Positions 1-8,374 of a DNA stretch of 32,000 nt are shown here, piece after piece. Numbering within the stretch: position 1 is the stretch's first letter; each line of letters opens with the position of its first letter. Made by a program: the position numbers and the translations under genes. The DNA lies in the NCBI RefSeq assembly GCF_003231495.1, contig NZ_PQWO01000022.1, positions 1 through 32,000 of the forward strand. Direction: 5' to 3'. The notes under the pieces were generated by a model. The model made no database searches. It saw only the letters and a program-made list of their open reading frames with translations, and was not told the DNA's origin. Origin of the DNA: Acaryochloris thomasi RCC1774. Lineage in GTDB: Bacteria > Cyanobacteriota > Cyanobacteriia > Thermosynechococcales > Thermosynechococcaceae.

Positions 1-520
1 TGGATGACGACGAGTCAACACTCGCATAAGCATAGGAGAACATACATCCCCTTATCGATAGAATATCCTTACCCGTTTAGGACTACCCAAAATATTAGTA
101 TCTTAAGATATATTTTTGTCTAATATTTATAAAAGTGTGTATTAAAGTTTTGAGGAAGTTCTAGATAGGCTTTGGAGTAAGTCCGAAATGCTTGAAATAA
201 GACTATTCTCTGTGAGAGTTAATATTCCATAGATATTGACTTTATGCCTTCTAAGTGTTGAGATGTGTAATGAATGTTTTCTACTCTTTGTAAATAGTGT
301 CTTTCTCTTGTTTAAGTTTTTTTCAAATATAAGTTGTGTCTCATGAGTTTTTTGACCCAATAATTTGAGTATTTAAATATGATGTTGAGGGCTTATTCTT
401 GATGACTAAAGCTATTTTCTCACTACTTGCCTAGTCTACTGAATATATCTGGTACAATCGGCCAGATTATGCACAATCACAAACACGGATTGGCTTTATA
501 GCCAAAATTGCGGTCGATCT
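1..520. other. AT-rich block without convincing coding potential, running off the left edge of the window
   Basis: Strongly AT-rich by eye, with long A/T runs and no GCGATCGC. The only tracked ORF (142-360, minus) starts at TTG and is K/S/L/T-rich low complexity. The block directly abuts the displaced mfd 3' fragment. Confidence 0.4.
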
Positions 521-521
521 A

Positions 522-879
522 TCATTTCTGTAGTCTGGCAAGTACTGAAGGTTCTGAATAAGCAACCGCTTCAGGCAAAGCTTCCTGCATCTTGCTAAGC
601 CAGTCAATCAGATTTTCAAGCTGTTGGTCTGCTTTCAACATACCCAAACCCCGCACCGTCACTTTCCCAGGGGTGTAGACGAAACGAGTCTGAAGATGAG
701 TGGGGAGTTTTTCTTGCAGTAGCTTCCAGCCCGGTTCTTCCATTGGGGTTTCTAAGATGACGTGCTGCTTACCTTCCGGTTTAATGCGAGAAAAACCCAG
801 AGATTTTGCAACTTGCTTCAGTTCCACGATGCGGATGAGTTATTGAGCAGACATGGGAATGGGACCGTAGCGATTGTCC
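522..879 (-). pseudogene. Displaced duplicate of the 3' end of mfd (about the last 105 codons) with an in-frame stop
   Basis: Translation reads [53 protein letters not shown]...[11 protein letters not shown]. This aligns with the C-terminus of the full mfd ORF ([24 protein letters not shown]...[11 protein letters not shown]). A TAA replaces a Gln codon, there is no upstream mfd body, and the tail after EAV differs. Confidence 0.85.
564..879. repeat. Direct repeat copy 1 (mfd 3' end), paired with 1601-1917
   Basis: Hand alignment at a constant offset of +1037 gives about 37 mismatches in about 307 aligned positions (~88% identity), plus one 1-nt indel near the 879/1917 end. Confidence 0.9.
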
Positions 880-923
880 TCTATTCATCAACGTAGCCTA
901 ACTCCCCTGTCGCGCCAAAGAAT

Positions 924-1526
924 TTAGAAGGGTTTTTGAAACAGGTCAGTAACGGGCAAAGTAAAGCCAGTGATGATATCCTCACCATCTAAGAAATCAC
1001 TCAGCTTGAGTAAGCGATCAGGTTCTTGGGCCGCACGATAGACCAACACATGATGCTGGTTGGGATTAATCACCCAAACGAGTCGAGAACCATTTTCAAA
1101 GAATTCGACCAACTTATTATCAATTTCTTCAACGGTGTTATTGGGCGAGAGAATTTCGATGGCAAGATCAGGCGCTCCATCTAAAAAGCCGGTCGGCAGC
1201 TCCTCTAGTTCCTGTAAGCGCTCTTTGACGAAGAAAGAAATATCAGGCGATCGCTTGTTACCATTTTTCATTATGAAGGCAGTGCTGGAATCAAATAAAG
1301 CCCCTAATTTCTGATCCCTGACGACCGAGAATAACGCGGAGCTTAAAATGATAGCAATATAGCCATGCCTCGCGCCTGAATTCCCCATATCAATTACTTC
1401 TCCGTCCACAAGTTCATAGCGGTGTCCATCTCGGCTCAGGGCCATGAACTCTTCATCGGTCCAGATTTTTTTCTCTGGAGCTTCAATCGATGAGTTCTCT
1501 GTCGATGATTGCGTCAGAGTAGACAT
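924..1526 (-). CDS. Uma2 family (DUF820) putative restriction-endonuclease-like protein
   Basis: 200 aa. N-terminal WTDEEFMAL...HRYELVDGEVIDMG and later RSPDISFF...APDLAIEILSP are the typical Uma2 pattern (PD-(D/E)xK-like D...E.L/K core). It lies between the two mfd 3' repeat copies. Confidence 0.85.
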   Translation of the reverse strand: MSTLTQSSTENSSIEAPEKKIWTDEEFMALSRDGHRYELVDGEVIDMGNSGARHGYIAIILSSALFSVVRDQKLGALFDSSTAFIMKNGNKRSPDISFFVKERLQELEELPTGFLDGAPDLAIEILSPNNTVEEIDNKLVEFFENGSRLVWVINPNQHHVLVYRAAQEPDRLLKLSDFLDGEDIITGFTLPVTDLFQKPF

Positions 1527-1591
1527 AGGTCAAACCTGCTCTAAGTTTGCAGTGACATATTGATACCTTAATACCATGATAGTCTCTGTTG

Positions 1592-4500
1592 CTATGCTGG
1601 AACCGCCTCAGGTAAAGCTCCCTGCATTTTACTAAGCCAGTCAATCAGATTCTCAAGCTGCTGGTCAGCCTTCAACATACCCAAACCGCGTACCGTAACC
1701 TTCCCAGGGGTGTAGACGAAACGAGTTTGAAGATGAGTGGGTAACTTCTCTTGCAATAGCTTCCAGCCCGGTTCTTCCATCGGGGTTTCTAGTATGACGT
1801 GCTGCTTGCCTTCCGGTTTGATGCGAGAAAAGCCCAGAGACTTAGCAACTTGCTTCAGCTCCACGATACGGATGAGCTGCTGAGCAGAGCTGGGAATGGC
1901 ACCATATCTATCTGTCCAATCCACCGCAAGCTGGGTGAGTTCTTTTTTATCTTTGGCAGCAGCAACCGCCCGATAAGCGCTCATCTTCTGGTCGAGATCT
2001 TGAATATAGTCCGCTGGGATAAAGGCCGTCAGCGATAGATCCACCTGTGTTTCGTCCACCGTCGGGATTTCTTGACCGCGAATCTCGTTGATGGATTCCT
2101 CTAGCATCTCCATGTATAAATCAAAGCCGATCGCATCCATCTGACCCGATTGTTCTGCACCGAGAAGATTGCCGACGCCGCGAATTTCCATATCTCGCAT
2201 GGCAAGTTGATAGCCGGAACCGAGCTGGGTGAATTCCTGGAGGGCGCGGAGGCGTTGACGGGCAGTGGCGGAGAGAGTACTTTGTTTAGGGTAAAACAGC
2301 CATGCATGGGCCTGAATTCCGGCGCGACCGACGCGACCGCGAAGCTGATAGAGCTGGGAGAGGCCAAACTTTTGCGAGTCTTCGATCAAGATGGTGTTGA
2401 CGCGGGGGATATCTAAACCCGATTCGATAATGGTGGTGCAGACTAAAATCTCGGCGTCGCCATTGCTGAAGGTAAGCATGGTGGCTTCGAGTTCGCCCTC
2501 TTGCATTTGACCATGTGCGATCGCAAGTCTCGCATTCGGCGCAAGCTCCCTCAACTTAGCGGCGACCTCTTCAATCCCCTCAACCCGAGGAACCACGTAA
2601 AATATTTGACCCCCACGATCGAGTTCCTGACGAATAGCACTGCCAATCACCTCAGTCCGATAGGGCGATAGATGCGTTTTAATCGGACGCCGAGAAGGTG
2701 GCGGAGTCGTAATCAAACTCATTTCCCGGACACCGGAGAGCGACATATAGAGCGTTCGCGGTATGGGCGTAGCGCTAAGGGTCAGCACATCCACCTCAGT
2801 TTTGAGAGACTTAATTTTTTCCTTTTGGTTGACGCCGAACCGCTGCTCTTCATCGATCACAAGCATCCCTAGATCTTTATAAGTGACGCTTTTACCGAGA
2901 AGCTGATGAGTGCCGACAACAATATCGAGTTCGCCGGTCTGGAGTCTTCTTTGGATATCCTTTCGTTCTTCGGCGGTGCGGAATCGGTTGAGGAGGCCAA
3001 TCTGGATCGGGTAGGGGGCAAACCGTTCCTTGATGGTGTGGTAGTGCTGCTGGGTGAGAATTGTTGTCGGCGCAAGAAAGGCCACCTGTTTGTGGGCCGT
3101 CACGGCTTTAAAGATGGCTCGTATAGCGACCTCTGTTTTGCCGAAGCCAACATCGCCGCAAACAAGGCGATCCATCGGGCGATCGCTTTCCATGTCGCGC
3201 TTCACGTCTTGAGCGGCCTTGAGCTGATCGGGGGTGGGTTGATAGGGAAACGAATCCTCCATTTCAGCCTGCCAGGGCTGATCGACCGGGAAGACATGGC
3301 CGTTTTGTTGGGCGCGCTGTGCGTAGAGCTTGAGCAGGTCCACCGCCAGCTTTTTGATCGACTTACGAACCTTGGTCTTAGTCTTCTCCCAAGCCTTGCC
3401 GGACATCTTGTGCAGCTTGGGTGGGTTCTCTTTGCTAGTCCGCAGTCGGGAGAGCGAATCAACCATGTCGGCAGCGACTCGCAACAGGCCGTCTTCATAC
3501 TGAATGACCAGATAGTCGCGAGTCTCGAAATTGATGGTGAGGCTTTCTAATTTTTGGAACTTGCCGATACCGTGGGTGCGGTGAACGACGTAATCCCCCG
3601 GCTCTAGCTTATTGGGGTCTACCTGCTTCGATGCCGCCCGCCGTCGCTTGCGGATGTAGGTGGGGGTGGCGAGGGTGTGCTGGCCGAAGAATTCTCGATC
3701 CGTGACCAACACCATCCGAAAGGTCGGCAGGATAAAGCCTTCGAGTTCTGCGAGGCCGGAGTATTTGACGGCTACGGGAGTGCGCTGATCCTGGAGTTTG
3801 TCGATGGCGGGATAGTCGCGAGGGTTGGGGACAAACTGGGCAGGGCAGTCATGTTCTTGCAGCAGCGCTACGGAGCGGGACGGTTGTGCCGAGACAAGCC
3901 AGATATTGAACTTGCGATCGCGTTCTCCCCTGATCGTCTCTGCCAACTTTCCAAACTGATGCGGAATAGCAGGTACAGGCCGACTGGATACATTTAAGCC
4001 TTGACCGTCTTCCGCAATTTCAGAGAGATGAAGTCGATCAAATAACTCAAGCTGCTCTCGCACCTGATCAAACTCTAGATGCAGCTTCGGCAAAGGATGC
4101 TTGGGTTGATTAATGCCTTGCCACTGCTCTTCGGCATGTTCAACCCAGCGATCGCAATGGGGCTGGCACTGATCGGGTTCATCAATGGCGATCAGCGTGT
4201 TGTCGGGCAGGTAGTCTAAAAGTGAAGCGGGGTTATCAAAGGCAATGCCGAGAAACCGCCGACTGCCTTCGAGTTCAACAGTTTCAAGCTGCTCCTGTTC
4301 TGCTTCCGTCAGATAGTGCTTAGCGTGGGCTAGCTTGTCATCAGTGAGAGCGGCCAGCGTCATTGGGCGGAAGCTGGTGGGGGTGAGACTCAGAGCTTTG
4401 ATATTGTCGAGCGATCGCTGATTGGCCGGATCAAACTCGCGCATTTTCTCTAGCTCGTCACCGAACCATTCCAGACGCACGGGTAGTTCTGAAGCAACCG

Positions 4501-5059
4501 GAAAAATATCGACAATATCGCCGCGACGGCTCCACTGCCCTTCGATTTCTACGAGGGAAACACGCTCATAGCCGAGGTTCGCAAGCTGGGTGCTGAGGTC
4601 GCCTAAATTGATTTCCGTTCCGACTTCCAGAGCAAGGCATTGCGGGGAGAAAACACTGGCGGGGGGCAGGTGGGGCTGAAGGGCGCGTTCGGTGGCGACA
4701 ATAGCGATATTGGAGCCTTCGAGCTTGGCAAGCTCGGCTAAGGCCTGGAGCTGTCCCCAGATCATTTCTGATTCGGAGTCGAAGGGTTCGTAGGGGGATG
4801 ATTCTGAGGTGGGATAAAAGTGAAGAGTGGCCCAGCCCATTGCTTCGAGTTGGGTAGCCCAGCGTCCGGCTTCTTCTAGCGTGGCGGTGACAATGAGTAG
4901 AGGCTGTTGGCGATGTTGGGCGATCGCAGAAGCTAGTAGTCCTTTCGGCAAACGGGGGAGGCCATTGAGGTCTAGGACTTGATTGCGATCAAGTTTGGTG
5001 AGGAGTTCTTGGGTGAGTTGCGATCGCCCCAGGGCGCGTACGATTGCCGAAAATGCCAT
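1592..5059 (-). CDS. mfd: Transcription-repair coupling factor Mfd (TRCF)
   Basis: 1155 aa, the usual Mfd size. Helicase motif I is [11 protein letters not shown] and motif II is [11 protein letters not shown] CarD/TRCF-type RNAP-interacting segment ([12 protein letters not shown]) precedes the helicase core. Confidence 0.95.
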   Translation of the reverse strand: MAFSAIVRALGRSQLTQELLTKLDRNQVLDLNGLPRLPKGLLASAIAQHRQQPLLIVTATLEEAGRWATQLEAMGWATLHFYPTSESSPYEPFDSESEMIWGQLQALAELAKLEGSNIAIVATERALQPHLPPASVFSPQCLALEVGTEINLGDLSTQLANLGYERVSLVEIEGQWSRRGDIVDIFPVASELPVRLEWFGDELEKMREFDPANQRSLDNIKALSLTPTSFRPMTLAALTDDKLAHAKHYLTEAEQEQLETVELEGSRRFLGIAFDNPASLLDYLPDNTLIAIDEPDQCQPHCDRWVEHAEEQWQGINQPKHPLPKLHLEFDQVREQLELFDRLHLSEIAEDGQGLNVSSRPVPAIPHQFGKLAETIRGERDRKFNIWLVSAQPSRSVALLQEHDCPAQFVPNPRDYPAIDKLQDQRTPVAVKYSGLAELEGFILPTFRMVLVTDREFFGQHTLATPTYIRKRRRAASKQVDPNKLEPGDYVVHRTHGIGKFQKLESLTINFETRDYLVIQYEDGLLRVAADMVDSLSRLRTSKENPPKLHKMSGKAWEKTKTKVRKSIKKLAVDLLKLYAQRAQQNGHVFPVDQPWQAEMEDSFPYQPTPDQLKAAQDVKRDMESDRPMDRLVCGDVGFGKTEVAIRAIFKAVTAHKQVAFLAPTTILTQQHYHTIKERFAPYPIQIGLLNRFRTAEERKDIQRRLQTGELDIVVGTHQLLGKSVTYKDLGMLVIDEEQRFGVNQKEKIKSLKTEVDVLTLSATPIPRTLYMSLSGVREMSLITTPPPSRRPIKTHLSPYRTEVIGSAIRQELDRGGQIFYVVPRVEGIEEVAAKLRELAPNARLAIAHGQMQEGELEATMLTFSNGDAEILVCTTIIESGLDIPRVNTILIEDSQKFGLSQLYQLRGRVGRAGIQAHAWLFYPKQSTLSATARQRLRALQEFTQLGSGYQLAMRDMEIRGVGNLLGAEQSGQMDAIGFDLYMEMLEESINEIRGQEIPTVDETQVDLSLTAFIPADYIQDLDQKMSAYRAVAAAKDKKELTQLAVDWTDRYGAIPSSAQQLIRIVELKQVAKSLGFSRIKPEGKQHVILETPMEEPGWKLLQEKLPTHLQTRFVYTPGKVTVRGLGMLKADQQLENLIDWLSKMQGALPEAVPA
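1601..1917. repeat. Direct repeat copy 2 (functional mfd 3' end), paired with 564-879
   Basis: See copy 1. This copy completes the intact mfd reading frame. Confidence 0.9.
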
Positions 5060-5146
5060 GAATTAATAGTTGAGCCTTTTGTCTGTAGGTGAGGAAGCGG
5101 TTTATGCTCCTCACTTATTGTAGAGAACAAGGCTTTGAAGGTTATG

Positions 5147-5332
5147 TCATTTTTGAACCCAGCTTGTCATATCGATGGGGGCGTCTGTTTCATAATCTGA
5201 AGGAGAACCAAACTCAGCTTCTATGTCTGCCTGCTCTCTGTCACTCACGTATGGTACGAGAAAGTGTTGGTCTTCTCGCAATGCCCCTTTGAGGCTAGCT
5301 TTCTGTGGATCTTTGGAGTCTTGTATTTCCAT
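5147..5332 (-). CDS. Small hypothetical acidic protein (61 aa from the ATG), apparently coupled to the upstream ParE-like gene
   Basis: Its ATG overlaps the toxin stop codon as TGATG. The product is MEIQDSKDPQKASLKGALREDQHFLVPYVSDREQADIEAEFGSPSDYETDAPIDMTSWVQK. I recognise no family. Confidence 0.4.
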   Translation of the reverse strand: MEIQDSKDPQKASLKGALREDQHFLVPYVSDREQADIEAEFGSPSDYETDAPIDMTSWVQK

Positions 5333-5673
5333 CAATCTTCTTCTCCTGATTCAGGCTGCGTACCAGTTACCTGTTGAGATGCGTGGCGGATGTGAAGAAT
5401 GCGAACAGCAGGCGTACTTTCGAGAACTGTGAAGATTACCCGATAGGAATTTCGACCTCGACCATAGAGCAATTGCCGAATCTCTTGACTGAAGTATTCG
5501 TTTTCTCGCGCTAACGGACATCGGTTAGGCATTGTTGATAGAGATTCGATAGCCTTGAGTAAGCCTGTATACCAACGTTTTGCGTTATCAGAGGAAGTGA
5601 ACTTAGAAATCTGGAGAAAAGCGTTATCGGCTTCGGCCTCTGCGATGCTGGAAAGTTCAATCTCGTAGTTCAT
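5332..5673 (-). CDS. Type II toxin, RelE/ParE superfamily
   Basis: 113 aa. The C-terminal SYRVIFTVLESTPAVRILHIRHASQ is the typical ParE/RelE beta-sheet signature. It shares a 4-nt ATGA overlap with the upstream small antitoxin gene. Confidence 0.8.
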   Translation of the reverse strand: MNYEIELSSIAEAEADNAFLQISKFTSSDNAKRWYTGLLKAIESLSTMPNRCPLARENEYFSQEIRQLLYGRGRNSYRVIFTVLESTPAVRILHIRHASQQVTGTQPESGEED

Positions 5674-5924
5674 GCATCTGTAGGCAAGTCATACTTGCGG
5701 CGTTGTTCTTCCGCAAAGTCTTGGAAGGGACGAGAGTGACCTGCCGTAAAGTCATTCAATCCCTGCTGGATGCCTGCAATCGCTTCCTCTATATCTTGTT
5801 GTTCCCATTCGAGAAGCTGCGTTAGCAATTCTGTTGCAAGCATGTTGATATCTTGCCCTTGATCTGCTGCCTTGGCCTGGAGCTGAGCCTCAATTTCTGG
5901 TCTGAGAGAAATGGTAAGCACCAT
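5670..5924 (-). CDS. Type II antitoxin, probably ribbon-helix-helix (ParD/CopG-like)
   Basis: 84 aa. The N-terminal MVLTISLRPEIEAQLQAKAADQGQDINMLATELL fits a strand-helix-helix layout. It sits immediately upstream of, and overlaps, the ParE-like gene. Confidence 0.7.
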   Translation of the reverse strand: MVLTISLRPEIEAQLQAKAADQGQDINMLATELLTQLLEWEQQDIEEAIAGIQQGLNDFTAGHSRPFQDFAEEQRRKYDLPTDA

Positions 5925-6072
5925 AAGGACACACTATAGAATTGAAAGAATTAACGGTACAGCCTCATTCTAACAAGCTATAAAAACTTGATACGGCATT
6001 AGCAGGATAAGCATTCCTTTCGATCTCAGCATTGCTCAAAGAATATAACCGTAGATTCAAGAGAGCAAGCTT

Positions 6073-6218
6073 CCAAGCATTGATAGTGCAGTGGCAAAGG
6101 TATCTTTTAAGTGGTGGCTCTCACGCCAAGATTGATTTGGTATATTATCTAGGGCTTCACAAAAGCAAGCCCTAGAAATTTGACAGAAGCCATTTATACG
6201 AACGCGCCAAGATTGATT
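6073..6218 (+). promoter_or_regulatory. Leader/promoter region of the three-gene operon, with a thrice-repeated motif and a perfect hairpin
   Basis: CCAAGCATTGAT lies at 6073-6084. CGCCAAGATTGATT occurs at 6124-6137 and again at 6205-6218, where it ends 2 nt before the ATG. A perfect 9-bp inverted repeat CTAGGGCTT(6149-6157)/AAGCCCTAG(6167-6175) has a 9-nt loop. TATATTAT at 6141-6148 is a possible -10 element. Confidence 0.45.
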
Positions 6219-6219
6219 C

Positions 6220-7314
6220 ATGAAAATTGAAGATGTATTGAGTCAGTTTCGCGGCAGAGTCTCATGGCCGACAATGCGGGCCATTCTCAAAAAAATTGAC
6301 TTACAAACATCTCAAGGCTGGGACCAGACAATTGCGAAGCTAAAAGAATATCAAAAATCCAATAGAGATGAAGCCTTGATTGCAGTTGACAATTTAAAGC
6401 GCATCTATCTCAATTACTTGCTAGCTGGAGAAAAAGCAGTAAAGCTATTTACTGTAGAAGAAAGTAAACTTAATAGATTGATGGTATTTCTACAGAAACA
6501 TTCGGTTAAAGAGAACGTGTTTCAGGAGACGTATCCATTCCCGCTTTCAGAGGAAAAACTCAAAAATCTGAATTCATCCCCCAAGCTGCTTGAAGTTAGA
6601 GAGATAGATGGAGATTTAGGTCTTGTCTTCTGTACAAAACGCTTTTTTACAGAACGTTCGACAATCAACTCTAAAGACTACAGTATAGAGGTAGAAAAAG
6701 CTTTAGATGATTTTGATGAAATCGTTGGAATCAGGCGGTACACTAGACAGTTTTTTGATATTGTTTTCCTGAGAAAAGAAAGTAATATGGCTGAAATAAG
6801 AATTGATATTGGTGGGGGGATGCTAGAGGAAGATCGCAGAAGATCTTTCCTAGAGATCGGAAAAAGCTTCAACAAATTAGCTCATGACTACATAGGAGTT
6901 GCAGACTTTCTGAAAACACCTTTAAACTTCTTCCCATTAATTGAAACTTTATATAATTCAGATGAGGGGAAAGTAGGTGAGATAGCTTTCACAACGGATG
7001 AAGGATCGACAAAGTTTGAGAGGATGAGGCGTGGTGCAAAGGATTTAAGACTAGAGACATATCACAAAGCTGGGAGAGCCGAGCTAGAAAAGTTTGACCA
7101 GAAAATAAATTTATACAAGATTGCTATTTTGTGGAAATTTTCGATTTCTGATGATATTGAAACAGAACCAGAACTTTTTCTTCCTGGAAACTCTTTCTTC
7201 CTTAATCAAGAGTACCCAGTACTTGAAGAAGCTATAATAAAGAAGTGTAGTGAGCTGGAAGATTATAATTTTGTCTTTAACAAAATAAAGCATTACTTAG
7301 ATGGCTGTGGTTAG
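6220..7314 (+). CDS. Hypothetical protein A of the AT-rich three-gene operon (364 aa, no recognised catalytic motif)
   Basis: Long uninterrupted ORF in an AT-rich context, where random stops should be common. There is no Walker A or other motif I recognise. The N-terminal SWPTMRAILKKIDLQTSQGWDQTIAKLKEY loosely resembles a SAP/HeH motif. The 3' end overlaps the next ORF by 14 nt. Confidence 0.75.
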   Translation: MKIEDVLSQFRGRVSWPTMRAILKKIDLQTSQGWDQTIAKLKEYQKSNRDEALIAVDNLKRIYLNYLLAGEKAVKLFTVEESKLNRLMVFLQKHSVKENVFQETYPFPLSEEKLKNLNSSPKLLEVREIDGDLGLVFCTKRFFTERSTINSKDYSIEVEKALDDFDEIVGIRRYTRQFFDIVFLRKESNMAEIRIDIGGGMLEEDRRRSFLEIGKSFNKLAHDYIGVADFLKTPLNFFPLIETLYNSDEGKVGEIAFTTDEGSTKFERMRRGAKDLRLETYHKAGRAELEKFDQKINLYKIAILWKFSISDDIETEPELFLPGNSFFLNQEYPVLEEAIIKKCSELEDYNFVFNKIKHYLDGCG

Positions 7315-7714
7315 CAAGCAATTGCTTATTAGTAAAATTTTTCGAGATTGGGGTGACTCACCTCAGTCAGAAATCTGTATTTCTATTCTGGAATATCTAA
7401 TCAAAAACAGAAATAATGTATTGAGTCATATAACTTTTGGGAGTTTAAAGAATATTGCAAAAAATGATTTTTGCGCTGCAGAAATTTTAGAGGCAACTCA
7501 GTATCTGTGTGGAGAGCGAGTCAAGCTGCTGGAACAGAAATTTGAACTTATTCAAGATGGGGAAAATTTTGATTTATCTAATGATGAAGTAATGACTGCA
7601 AGAAAATCTGGAATCCTTATTCATCCTGAGACTGGCGAAGAAATTCATGATTTTGAAGATCAGGTTTTTATCTATTTCGTACCTAGTTTTCTGTCCAGCC
7701 GAGTAACAGTTTAG
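7301..7714 (+). CDS. Hypothetical protein B of the three-gene operon (137 aa)
   Basis: Its ATG lies inside the last codons of gene A. Its TAG stop is followed immediately by the ATG of gene C (TAGATG). No family recognised. Confidence 0.65.
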   Translation: MAVVSKQLLISKIFRDWGDSPQSEICISILEYLIKNRNNVLSHITFGSLKNIAKNDFCAAEILEATQYLCGERVKLLEQKFELIQDGENFDLSNDEVMTARKSGILIHPETGEEIHDFEDQVFIYFVPSFLSSRVTV

Positions 7715-8374
7715 ATGTCGTCTGAAGAACAGCTAAGCTTAAAAAAATTTGATTCTTTGGTATCTCAGAATCCAAGCTTAATGAGAATGCTGGAAAGGAT
7801 ATCAGTGTCTACCTATGAAGATTTTGTAGATTTACTTTATGATGATTTGGATTGGATAGTTCAACAAATCCAAAGAAATCCAGAGCTGCGGCAGGATGAT
7901 GGTGAAGATCGTTTAACGATAGAAATTGTTCTGCTTCTAAATACTCAAGGATATAAGGCTTCCCACGATACTAAGGTGGGTGGGCATGTCGATCTGCTAG
8001 TTGAGAAAGATCGATTTATGTGGATTGGAGAAGCAAAGGTGCATAGTGGGTATGACTATTTATGGGAAGGTTTTCTTCAGCTAGCTACAAGATATTCAAT
8101 CGGTAGCTCTAACCAAAGTCATGGTGGGATGCTGATCTATATCAGGCGTAGTAATACTCGAAACGTAATGGAAAAGTGGAGACAAACTCTATCTCAGAAA
8201 AGCCTAGAAGACTTCTCCTCAGAAGATTGTACAAGGAATTCGCTAGCCTTTTTCTCATCACATAAGCATGAAAGATCTGGCCTGCCTCTTCGAGTGAGGC
8301 ACATGCCAGTGATGCTCTATTTTGAGCCTAAAGACAAAAGTGCCAGAAAAAGACAAAAGAACGCTTCAGCTTGA
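7715..8374 (+). CDS. PD-(D/E)xK (restriction-endonuclease-fold) nuclease-like protein C of the three-gene operon (219 aa)
   Basis: The motif order is GEDRLTIEIV (helix with E64/E70), then GGHVDLLV (D93, codon 7991-7993), then WIGEAKVH (E106-x-K108, 8030-8038), then LQLATRY. The 13-residue D-to-ExK spacing is classic for the fold. The C-terminal tail is basic (KDKSARKRQK). Confidence 0.75.
   Translation: MSSEEQLSLKKFDSLVSQNPSLMRMLERISVSTYEDFVDLLYDDLDWIVQQIQRNPELRQDDGEDRLTIEIVLLLNTQGYKASHDTKVGGHVDLLVEKDRFMWIGEAKVHSGYDYLWEGFLQLATRYSIGSSNQSHGGMLIYIRRSNTRNVMEKWRQTLSQKSLEDFSSEDCTRNSLAFFSSHKHERSGLPLRVRHMPVMLYFEPKDKSARKRQKNASA

Noticed and set aside
142-360. 72-aa ORF on the minus strand in the AT-rich block
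   Set aside because: It has a TTG start, a low-complexity K/S/L/T-rich product, no visible RBS and no recognisable family. In AT-rich DNA an ORF of this size is weak evidence.
1799-3997. Many 60-214-aa ORFs overlapping mfd in other frames or on the other strand (e.g. 2906-3550 +, 3677-3997 +, 3202-3498 -)
   Set aside because: They are shadow ORFs inside a long, well-supported gene in GC-rich DNA, and their products are Arg/Gly/Ser-rich nonsense. The same reasoning applies to the alternative-frame ORFs inside the symporter (16067-17056), radA (22973-23941), the MRJP-like gene (14886-15806), the antiporter (20762-21081), the PEP-CTERM gene (28585-29148) and the SDR gene (30229-30497).
5089-5432. 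Plus-strand ORFs 5089-5292 and 5223-5432 opposite the ParE and small-ORF genes
   Set aside because: They overlap better-supported minus-strand genes that show TA-type coupling. No motifs were found.
6180-6185. Consensus TTGACA -35 hexamer 35 nt upstream of the gene A start
   Set aside because: No acceptable -10 element lies at 15-19 nt spacing, and it would leave almost no leader. I kept it only as a remote possibility within the regulatory-region feature.
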